From Candidatus Sumerlaeales bacterium (GTDB lineage: Bacteria > Sumerlaeota > Sumerlaeia > Sumerlaeales > Sumerlaeaceae): DNA of 27,671 bases. Below the pieces are notes generated by a model. That model was not told the DNA's origin. It saw nothing but the letters and a program-made list of their open reading frames with translations, and did no database searches. The translations under genes were made by a program, and so were the position numbers. This document shows positions 9,134 through 16,903 of this stretch, piece by piece. The stretch is taken from positions 1 to 27,671 of the forward strand of contig JBBSQY010000043.1 in assembly GCA_038243585.1 (NCBI GenBank). The letters are read 5' to 3'. Each line of letters starts with the position of its first letter. Position 1 is the first letter of the stretch.

Positions 9134-10354
9134 TCAGCTTTCCAAATTTTCTGCTGGGCCGAATACTTCGTAATGCAGTCGCTCCGAAGGCACCCCCCAC
9201 GTATTTAAAGCGCGATACATGGCCTTCATAAAGGGGAGTGGTCCGCAGCAATAGAACTCCGCTTCGCTGTTAGTGATCACGCTTTGCAGCCATTCCAGAT
9301 TGATATAGCCTTGGTGATGAAAGCACTGCGACTGCGTGTCTGAATCCGTTGGGCATTCGTAGACGAAGTAAGCGTGCGCATTATCCGATTTTGCAACCGT
9401 CTCCTCCACTTCTCCGCGCAGGGCGTGGTGTGTTCCGCTAATGGCCGCGTGGATAAAAGTGACCTTACGGGTCGGTTGCTTTTCGACAACAGTGTTGAGC
9501 ATGCTAACAAGAGGGGTAAGCCCGACGCCTCCGCTGAGAAGAACAACAGGTGTGTTGCTTGTCGTGTCGAGGTGAAAATCGCCGCCAGGCGCGGCTAGCG
9601 CAAGGGTATCACCCTCATTGATGTGCGCATGCAGATAATTTGAGACGATTCCCTGTTCGTAATCTTTTAGCGCATCCTCCCGTTTGATGCTCAGACGGTA
9701 GTAACCTTTTCCGCTGGAATCCGACAGGCTGTATTGCCGAATGTGGGTATACTCTTCACCGGGAATTTTCAGTTTAATGCTGATATACTGACCGGGAAGA
9801 TAATCGGCAAGCGCTCCCTTGTCCTCCGGCACCAGATAGAAGGAGGTAATGACGTCGCTCTCTTTCACTTTGCGATCCACCGTAAAATTCCGGAAGTCTT
9901 TCCATCCGCCGGGCTGGCTGGCCACCTCTTCGTACATCTCCGTTTCGACGGAGATAAAAACATCGGCGATCACGCCGTAGGCCTCTGCCCATGCTCCCAG
10001 GATTTCAGGCGTTGCGGCGTCGCCAAGCACTTCTTTCATGGCTGCGAGGAGATTCTCGCCAACTATGGGATACTGCTCCGGCTTCACTCCAAGGCTGCGA
10101 TGTTTATAAGCGATTTGCTTTACTACCGGAAGGATGGCTGGCAAATTGTCTATGTTTGCCGCTGCTGCGTATACCGCGTTAGCAAGCGCGGCCTGCTGCT
10201 TCCCTTTCCGCTGGTTCGCATGGTTAAATATGTTTAAGAGCTCTGGATGAGAGGTGAAGAGTTTGGTGTAAAAATTCTTTGTGATCTCTGTTCCCATGGT
10301 CTCGAGAACCGGGGCAGTTGATTTAATAATTCCAATGGTGTGGGCACTAAGCAT
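9134..10354 (-). CDS. hmp: Flavohemoglobin (nitric oxide dioxygenase)
   Basis: Globin domain (NFY B10 Tyr, proximal His in KHRSLG, YPIVG), FAD-binding RQYSL, NAD-binding GGVGLTP and CGP. Confidence 0.97.
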   Translation of the reverse strand: MLSAHTIGIIKSTAPVLETMGTEITKNFYTKLFTSHPELLNIFNHANQRKGKQQAALANAVYAAAANIDNLPAILPVVKQIAYKHRSLGVKPEQYPIVGENLLAAMKEVLGDAATPEILGAWAEAYGVIADVFISVETEMYEEVASQPGGWKDFRNFTVDRKVKESDVITSFYLVPEDKGALADYLPGQYISIKLKIPGEEYTHIRQYSLSDSSGKGYYRLSIKREDALKDYEQGIVSNYLHAHINEGDTLALAAPGGDFHLDTTSNTPVVLLSGGVGLTPLVSMLNTVVEKQPTRKVTFIHAAISGTHHALRGEVEETVAKSDNAHAYFVYECPTDSDTQSQCFHHQGYINLEWLQSVITNSEAEFYCCGPLPFMKAMYRALNTWGVPSERLHYEVFGPAENLES

Positions 10355-10376
10355 TCAGTGATGCCTTTCAGTAGGT

Positions 10377-10419
10377 ATTATATTGGGTTTGTATTGCGAT
10401 CAGATGCATCAGTATCCTG
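10377..10419 (-). promoter_or_regulatory. Candidate hmp promoter (-10 TATAAT) with an overlapping degenerate operator
   Basis: Minus-strand TATAAT at 10382-10377, 22 nt upstream of the hmp ATG. No consensus -35; CAGGATA-N6-CATCTGA (10419-10400) occupies that region. Confidence 0.4.
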
Positions 10420-10482
10420 CTTTTGTGGGGCCACTTACTGCTGAATTGCCTGATATTTTCTGGCTCTATTTAACCATGGAGC

Positions 10483-11010
10483 TTATTTTTGCAGGGTGAC
10501 GAGTTTACTTTTTCCGCGATGTTTTACCCCGTCTTTTCCATTACAGCTTTCGCAACTTAACGCTAACCCGGCCATTCGACATTGCTGGTTTCCGGCGAGA
10601 GCACCGCTGGGAGTGGGTTTGGCGGCCAGCATCTTCAGTGTGTGTCGGGAAAGAGACCGGATGGTGGCCGTATGGACGTCATGCATGGCTTTGTGAAAAG
10701 CGCAGACGTCTGGTGAAGTGGCATCGCCCAAAGCCTTACAGTAGTCGGCGATCACTAACCCCTGGCATGCTTGCACGATTTCCAGCAGCGTGATCGATGA
10801 AGGACAGCGACTAAGTATAATTCCTCCGGCCACGCCGTTTCGCGAGTTAACAATTCCTGCTTTTGTGAGAGTTCCTGCTATTTTAGCCATATAACTTGGG
10901 CTGCCTCCCACAGCTTGTGCTATCTCCTTTGGACTGGACGGAAAACTTTCGCTTCGGCTGCACAGAAAAATCAGTGCTCGAATGGCAGTTTCAGTTGTCG
11001 CGGTTAACAT
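10483..11010 (-). CDS. Rrf2-family transcriptional regulator, Cys-rich, with C-terminal extension
   Basis: N-terminal helix TETAIRALIFL, wHTH SPSYMAKIAGTLTKAGIVNSRNGVAGG, then ITLLEIV. RBS-like AAAGGTG. Co-oriented upstream of hmp. Confidence 0.93.
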   Translation of the reverse strand: MLTATTETAIRALIFLCSRSESFPSSPKEIAQAVGGSPSYMAKIAGTLTKAGIVNSRNGVAGGIILSRCPSSITLLEIVQACQGLVIADYCKALGDATSPDVCAFHKAMHDVHTATIRSLSRHTLKMLAAKPTPSGALAGNQQCRMAGLALSCESCNGKDGVKHRGKSKLVTLQK

Positions 11011-11029
11011 GCACCTTTGCCTTATTAGA

Positions 11030-11060
11030 GTTAAGTAGGATAATATATATCCGAGTTAAC
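11030..11060. promoter_or_regulatory. Palindromic operator, probable Rrf2 autoregulatory site
   Basis: GTTAAGTAGGATAATATATATCCGAGTTAAC has 11 of 15 symmetric pairs complementary, core GGATA-N5-TATCC. It lies 20-50 nt upstream of the Rrf2 start codon. Confidence 0.7.
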
Positions 11061-11209
11061 GCCATATTCAATCTGATATGTTTGCACAGCCGATTGCGTC
11101 CCGCATGACAATTCTGCAAGGCGCTTTCGTAATTGCAAAGCTTAGCCAATGGTCTTGCTAAAGCACCGTAGTGCCACGTCCTAACGCCTTGCGACCCGGA
11201 CTGCAGAGT

Positions 11210-11237
11210 TATGGATAGACATTGTTGTCTTTCCATA
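11210..11237. other. Stem-loop downstream of glgX
   Basis: TATGGATAGACA-TTGT-TGTCTTTCCATA forms a 12-bp stem with one mismatch. No strong U-tract follows. Confidence 0.35.
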
Positions 11238-11335
11238 CCTGGCAATAGCTAACATGGCTGGGCAGATAATAACATCTATCTGACGGGATACTGAAGCGCA
11301 CATATCTGTCGAACGCGAGCTTTTGCTCTACTGTT

Positions 11336-13417
11336 TTAAAAGATCAAAGGCTCGTCCAGGCCGTGAATTTCCAACACAACGATTGACCGAGGCTGCACCC
11401 AATATGTGGGGGTGTCTATAGGAGGGGCCTTATCTTCCCGCGCAATATCCTCTGGGGAAGGCAGATAGGTATCGATCACTCTTAGCCATTTTCCGTCACC
11501 CTTTGGCAGATCAAATTCCACTGCCTCCCAATAGGTGTTGGCCATAAAGTGCATCAGGCTGGTGTTCTCTCTGCTTAGTACGGTAAATGCCAGACAGCGC
11601 GAATCTTCGGACCAATCGGGCGAAAACAGGCTCGGACCGTGCCAGGCAATCTTACAGTGCTGGAGCACCTCACTCAGAGGTAATGCCTCAGCATTTGGGC
11701 GCGAAACCTTGTGCAGACGACGGCTTATCAGTTGTTGAACAAACTCGAACAAATCCTGGTTTTTCTCAACTAGCGACCAGTCGAACCAACTCAGCTCATT
11801 ATCCTGACAAAAGGCGTTGTTGTTCCCATGTTGCGTGCGCCGTATTTCATCACCCATTACAATCATTGGCGTTCCCATGGCGAACAGATTAAGGGTGAAA
11901 AAGTTCTTTATCTGCCTTAAGCGCAGCCCTTCTATCTCCGGGTCGGTAGACACCCCTTCAACGCCACAGTTCCAGCTTCGGTTATGGCTTTCCCCGTCAT
12001 TGTTATTTTCGCCGTTCGCTTCGTTGTGCTTCTCGTTATAGCTAACCAGATCGTTTAGCGTAAAGCCATCATGGGCAGTCACGAAATTAACGCTCTGCTC
12101 CGGCTCGCGCCGCTCATGCGCATAAATATCCGGGCTGGCCAGCAAGCGTGCAGGAAGATTTCGAACGCCGCCGTGCGCGCCTATAATATAATTCCGCACG
12201 TCGTCGCGAAACTGTCCATTCCACTCTTTCCAGGATTCCCCCGCGAAACTACCCACCTGGTAAAGCCCCCCTGCGTCCCAAGCTTCCGCGATCAGCTTAA
12301 TGCCAGCCAGCCCCGGATCAGTTTCTATATCCCACAACACAGGTGGATTCTTTAAAGGGCGTCCGTTCAAGTCTCTTGAGAGGATTGAAGCAAGATCAAA
12401 TCGGAATCCGTCCACGTGCATTTCGTTGGCCCAGTAGCGCAGGCTATCCAATATCATACGTTTTACCATGGCGTGGTTTCCGTTTAACGTATTTCCCGTA
12501 CCCGAATAATTGGAATACCACCGCCGATCGGATTCCAGGATGTAATAGTCCGGATTCGAAAGGCCCCTGAAACAGGAAGTTGGCCCCTCGTGATTGCCTT
12601 CCGCTGTATGGTTGAAGACCACATCCAGAATTACCTCAATCCCCGCCCGATGGAACGCCTTCACCATGTCCTGGAATTCTCTCACGCAAGCTAATGGATC
12701 CTTCACAGAGCTATAGCCGAGATGCGGGGAAAAAAAATTAATCGGGCTGTATCCCCAGTAATTCTGTTCTCCCAGCGGCGCGTCATACTCATCGAACTGA
12801 AACACGGGAAGCAGCTCCACCGCAGTTATTCCCAGGTCCACAAGGTACGGTATTTTCTCCACCACCCCCGCATACGTTCCCCGCTTCTCCTCCGCTACGC
12901 CAGAGTTTGGATTCTTCGTAAATCCCGCAACATGCATCTCGTAAATCACTGTCTTTGACCACGGGGTAAACGGACGCACGTCGTTCTCCCAGTCATAGCC
13001 GATCTCCTGTTCGACCACCACACTCTTCATCGCCACCGCTGTGTTATCCCCCGGCGCGCCTGCTGCTCCGCGGTCGTAGTTATCCGGAACCCACACCGCT
13101 TTGCCGTATGGATCTAGAAGCAGCTTATCCGGGTCAAACCGCAGACCCTCTTCCGGCGCAAACAACCCATGCGCCTTATAGCCATAGACTTGTCCAGGTT
13201 TCAGGTGAGGCACGAAAACGTGCCAGTAAAAATAGGTCCTGTTAATTTTCGGGTCTAGTGAAATGACTCCGCTTGGAGCCGTCGCATCCAGTGAGTCAAA
13301 CAGCAGGAGGTCCATCCCAGAAGCGTTTTTTGAGTATACGCTGAAGTTGACGCCGTCACTATACACGGTAGCTCCCAGAGGAGCGCTGGAGCCAGTTGAA
13401 GTAATGCAGGTTTTCAT
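11336..13417 (-). CDS. glgX: Glycogen debranching enzyme / isoamylase (GH13 with CBM48)
   Basis: PLGAT..GVNFSV N-terminus, NYWGY, DVVFNHT, and catalytic motifs DGFRFDLA, LIAEAWD and TAHDGFTL. Confidence 0.97.
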   Translation of the reverse strand: MKTCITSTGSSAPLGATVYSDGVNFSVYSKNASGMDLLLFDSLDATAPSGVISLDPKINRTYFYWHVFVPHLKPGQVYGYKAHGLFAPEEGLRFDPDKLLLDPYGKAVWVPDNYDRGAAGAPGDNTAVAMKSVVVEQEIGYDWENDVRPFTPWSKTVIYEMHVAGFTKNPNSGVAEEKRGTYAGVVEKIPYLVDLGITAVELLPVFQFDEYDAPLGEQNYWGYSPINFFSPHLGYSSVKDPLACVREFQDMVKAFHRAGIEVILDVVFNHTAEGNHEGPTSCFRGLSNPDYYILESDRRWYSNYSGTGNTLNGNHAMVKRMILDSLRYWANEMHVDGFRFDLASILSRDLNGRPLKNPPVLWDIETDPGLAGIKLIAEAWDAGGLYQVGSFAGESWKEWNGQFRDDVRNYIIGAHGGVRNLPARLLASPDIYAHERREPEQSVNFVTAHDGFTLNDLVSYNEKHNEANGENNNDGESHNRSWNCGVEGVSTDPEIEGLRLRQIKNFFTLNLFAMGTPMIVMGDEIRRTQHGNNNAFCQDNELSWFDWSLVEKNQDLFEFVQQLISRRLHKVSRPNAEALPLSEVLQHCKIAWHGPSLFSPDWSEDSRCLAFTVLSRENTSLMHFMANTYWEAVEFDLPKGDGKWLRVIDTYLPSPEDIAREDKAPPIDTPTYWVQPRSIVVLEIHGLDEPLIF

Positions 13418-13551
13418 GTTTCGCCTAACCGGAAAGATATCGAATATTTGAGAAGAAGGACCTAATTGGGCCCACTGCTTTTAGCAACTTGCGTGCTCAT
13501 TTAAAACGCAGGTTCAAGAATTTTAAAATTGCACGAATCGCCCGCGAAACC

Positions 13552-13567
13552 GGAGCTTGTCAGCTCC
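13552..13567 (-). terminator. Possible weak terminator hairpin after the SRPBCC gene
   Basis: Perfect 6-bp stem GGAGCT/AGCTCC with a 4-nt loop, 17 nt after the stop. Poor U-tract. Confidence 0.3.
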
Positions 13568-13584
13568 TGACGTTATATAGCGAT

Positions 13585-14061
13585 TTAAGAAGTGTGGTGA
13601 AACTCATTTGCCGTGCCGGAAAAGAAGCTGGCCAGTTTTTGTTCCCGATGAGAGAAAATTTTGGCAAGCTGCTGAATCACGAGGTGGCCCGCAACTGCTG
13701 CACCCAGGTAGCCGAGGGGAAGTTTGTAATCAACGTCATCAATTACCAGTGTTGCATCACCCTCCGCCTTAAAGGTGTGAGTATGGTGCCATTTTTTATA
13801 AGGCCCCGACATTTGCACATCAACAAAACGATGAGGCGGATCATACTCGGTAATCATGCTGTGCCAGCGCAGCGGCATTCCTAATATCTTTATCTGATAA
13901 ATGATTTTCGTACCGCAGGCCATGATCACCGGGTCTTCGTTCTTTACAATCATGTTCATTTCTGGTGGCGTAATTTTCAGGAGATTATATGGGTCTTTAT
14001 GGAAATCGAAAACCTGCTCGAGAGGCGCGGCAATGAGTTGTTCAAAGTGGAGGGATGGCAT
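13585..14061 (-). CDS. SRPBCC (START-like) ligand-binding domain protein
   Basis: IAAPLEQVFDFH..P.NL..ITPP, W.S.ITEYDPP.RFVD.Q..GPY..W.H.H.F and D.V.Y.LP.G.LG. Confidence 0.9.
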   Translation of the reverse strand: MPSLHFEQLIAAPLEQVFDFHKDPYNLLKITPPEMNMIVKNEDPVIMACGTKIIYQIKILGMPLRWHSMITEYDPPHRFVDVQMSGPYKKWHHTHTFKAEGDATLVIDDVDYKLPLGYLGAAVAGHLVIQQLAKIFSHREQKLASFFSGTANEFHHTS

Positions 14062-14143
14062 AAGCCATATATACGTTCATGCGGCGGCAGTTATGCCCCC
14101 AAGGTAAGTAAGCCTCGCCGAGCCGTCTTAAAATCAAGGTTAA

Positions 14144-14205
14144 AAGAACTAGCATAGGCGTCCCGTCTGTGTCGCTCCAGTTTCCGGGAGCGCCTCCTAT
14201 ACTAC
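14144..14205. repeat. Degenerate REP-like inverted doublet, copy 2 plus inverted partner
   Basis: CTAG-CATAGGCG-TCC-CGTCTGTG folds into a hairpin with two G-T pairs. The inverted partner CGGGAGCGCCTCCTATACTAC (14185-14205) ends in CTAC, which is GTAG on the minus strand. Confidence 0.55.
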
Positions 14206-15119
14206 ATAACGTTTCGACAACCCTGCCGAACTAGTTCATCGGCCACATAAGGAGAAAGCGCCATGGCGTCCGCCAGCTTACTTTCCCGGCCGGCCCTTAG
14301 TTGCGTTTGACCGTCCGTCGAAAAGATGGCCGCCTGCAGTCGGGCCTGCTGACCCATTACCATCAGGTGGCAGCCGACAGCGGTGTGGCACGTGGCTCCT
14401 ATGCGAAGGCTGAAGTCACGCTCGACCTCCGCCTGAAGGCGCACTGTGTCGTTATCGATAGATGCCCACAGCTCTAACCACGGAGACTGCTCCCGCGCCT
14501 GCACAACGAGAATTCCCTGTCCAGGGGCGGGAACGAATTCTTCCAGCGAAAGCTCCTCTGTAATCTGTTCGTCCATACCGAGGCGGCGCAACCCCGCAGC
14601 GGCCATAATAATGGCGTCAAACTCCCCGTCCCGCAGCTTTCGCACCCGCGTTTCCACGTTGCCGCGCACGCCGCAAACTTCCAGGTCAGGCCGCAAGGCC
14701 AGGAGCTGAGCCTGACGCCGTGGCGCTCCGGTAGCCACTACGCTACCGGGTGACAAGGTTGTCAGACTGGCGCCGGTGCGGGTCAGCAATACGTCTCGCG
14801 CATCGGCCCGTTCCGGAAACGCCGCCAGCCAGAGACCCGGCGTGGTCTCTTCCACCGGCACATCTTTCAGACTATGAACGGCGGCATCGGCACGACCGTC
14901 AAGAACAGCCTGTTCCACCTCCTTGACAAACAAGCCCTTATCGCCGCCAAGCTCGCTAAGGGAGCGATTCTGAAGGCGGTCAGGCATCGTGCTGATAAGT
15001 ACCTTTTCTACAACTACCTCCGGCCGGTGGAGGTGGATCAGTTCGGCCACCCGGTCCGCCTGCCACTGGGCAAGGGCGCTTCCCCTGGTGGCTAGTCTTA
15101 ATATCTTATTTTCGCTCAT
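14202..15119 (-). CDS. hemC: Hydroxymethylbilane synthase (porphobilinogen deaminase)
   Basis: ATRGSALAQWQA, KGLFVKEVE, AVHSLKDVP, RGNVETR, PAPGQG, and cofactor-binding Cys in GATCHTAVG. Confidence 0.96.
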   Translation of the reverse strand: MSENKILRLATRGSALAQWQADRVAELIHLHRPEVVVEKVLISTMPDRLQNRSLSELGGDKGLFVKEVEQAVLDGRADAAVHSLKDVPVEETTPGLWLAAFPERADARDVLLTRTGASLTTLSPGSVVATGAPRRQAQLLALRPDLEVCGVRGNVETRVRKLRDGEFDAIIMAAAGLRRLGMDEQITEELSLEEFVPAPGQGILVVQAREQSPWLELWASIDNDTVRLQAEVERDFSLRIGATCHTAVGCHLMVMGQQARLQAAIFSTDGQTQLRAGRESKLADAMALSPYVADELVRQGCRNVM

Positions 15120-15316
15120 AAATATGCCTTATGCGTCGCAATCGGTCTGTTTCGGTTAAGCACCGATCTTGCTAAAAAACCGTAAACTGCTTGCATTAGT
15201 CTTAACCTCTTTATCAGCGTCTCATATAAGTAGCCCAGGTGGGAAGCTTAGAGTTAAGCGAACTGCCCGCCACCTAATTTTACAGTAGAATAAAACATTA
15301 TCGCCAGGATGGTCTC

Positions 15317-16888
15317 ATGAAATTGGCAGTATCAGTTAAAGCTATCACCCTTTCCGCAGCGATCAGCGCAACTCTCTGCTTCGTGCCCCACGCGCAAGCT
15401 CAACAAGCCGACGCCACTATTCCAGATGCTCCGCGCGAGCTGCGGGCGGCCTGGATCACCACAGTGTATAACGGCAACTGGCCGAGCAAGCCGGGATTGC
15501 CAGTAGCTCAGCAGCAGCAGGAGCTGATTGCCATACTTGACAAGGCAAAAGCCGTTAACTTGAATGCGGTTGTGTTTCAGGTGCGGCCCGGCGGCGACGC
15601 AATGTATGACAGCAAGCTCGAACCATGGTCTGAGTATTTGACAGGACGTCAGGGCCAGGCACCGCAACCTTATTACGATCCGCTTTCTTTTGCCGTGGAG
15701 GAGGCCCATAAGCGCGGCATGCAGCTCCACGCCTGGTTTAATCCATATCGCGCGGCAACCCGTCTTTCTGGCGCATTTACTGACAATCACGTTTCGAAGA
15801 CCATGCCTGAAGCGACGGTAAAGCTGGATAAGCTGATGTGGCTGGATCCTGGAAGCAAAAGGGCTCAGGATCACTCTATTGCGGTTATCATGGATGTGGT
15901 TCGTCGATACGATATCGACGGGGTTCAATTCGACGACTATTTCTACCCCTATAGCAGCGAAGTTGCTAAGGTTGGAATGGATTCTCTGGACGATGGCAGC
16001 TGGAAACAGTATCAGGCTGCGGGAGGGCCCATGAGCCGCGACGACTGGCGCCGTGAAAATGTTAATACCCTCATGCGACGCGTCTACGAATCCATAAAGC
16101 AGACAAAGCCGAGAGTTTACTTCGGCATATCGCCGTTTGGTATCTGGCGGCCGGGCTATCCAGCAGGAATTGCTGGCCTTGACGCCTACAACTCGCTGTA
16201 TGCAGATGCTCGTAAATGGCTGCAGGAAGGCTGGTTGGATTATTGTTCGCCCCAGCTATACTGGGAGCTGAGCAAGCCGGCTCAAAGTTATCCTAAGCTG
16301 CTGGCCTGGTGGGTGGAACAGAACGCGAAAGGCCGCCACATTTGGCCAGGCATCAGCATCACCGGAGTTGGCAGTGAAAAGACTCCGACGGATGATGTGC
16401 TTGCGCGGCTGGATCTTACGCGGAAACAGCCCGGAGCAACGGGTGTGATTTATTTCAGCAGCCTGCCCCTATTGAAAGACCAGGGCCAGATTGCCACCCG
16501 ACTTAAGCAAACGGCCTACGCCACGCCGGCCCTGGTACCGCCAAGCCCATGGCTGGATAATACGGCGCCGGCCGCGCTGGTGGCTAATGTGGTGCGGGAT
16601 GTAGCCACAGGGAGCATGGCTCTGCAATGGGCCGTGCCTCAGGAAGCCGACGCTTTCCTGGTGACGATCTACGCCAGAGTCAATAACGCATGGCAATTTG
16701 ACATTGTTCCGGCAGCAACCCAAGGTTACAAGTTTGCGAGCACGGGCGCGGTTCCAGACATGGTGGCCGTCTCGGTGGTTGACCGCATGGGCAACGAAAG
16801 TCCAAAGCAAAGCGTATCGTTGCGAGGTGATACATCCATCTCTATCCCGGCCCCGGTGACTGCTCCGGCATTGCCGGGTTCCAGATAA
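15317..16888 (+). CDS. Secreted GHL10-family (YddW/DigH-like) glycosyl hydrolase with C-terminal FN3-like domain
   Basis: Signal peptide ending AQA, then ELRAAWITTV, NAVVFQVRP, HAWFNPYR, YDIDGVQFDDYFYP, GISPFGIW and PQLYW. C-terminal VAVSVVDRMGNES. Confidence 0.92.
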   Translation: MKLAVSVKAITLSAAISATLCFVPHAQAQQADATIPDAPRELRAAWITTVYNGNWPSKPGLPVAQQQQELIAILDKAKAVNLNAVVFQVRPGGDAMYDSKLEPWSEYLTGRQGQAPQPYYDPLSFAVEEAHKRGMQLHAWFNPYRAATRLSGAFTDNHVSKTMPEATVKLDKLMWLDPGSKRAQDHSIAVIMDVVRRYDIDGVQFDDYFYPYSSEVAKVGMDSLDDGSWKQYQAAGGPMSRDDWRRENVNTLMRRVYESIKQTKPRVYFGISPFGIWRPGYPAGIAGLDAYNSLYADARKWLQEGWLDYCSPQLYWELSKPAQSYPKLLAWWVEQNAKGRHIWPGISITGVGSEKTPTDDVLARLDLTRKQPGATGVIYFSSLPLLKDQGQIATRLKQTAYATPALVPPSPWLDNTAPAALVANVVRDVATGSMALQWAVPQEADAFLVTIYARVNNAWQFDIVPAATQGYKFASTGAVPDMVAVSVVDRMGNESPKQSVSLRGDTSISIPAPVTAPALPGSR

Positions 16889-16903
16889 AGGCCGAAGATA
16901 ACC

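Noticed and set aside
15221..15275. CTCATATAA start resembling a purine riboswitch
   Set aside because: The conserved TATGG, TTTCTACC and CCGTAAA elements are missing.
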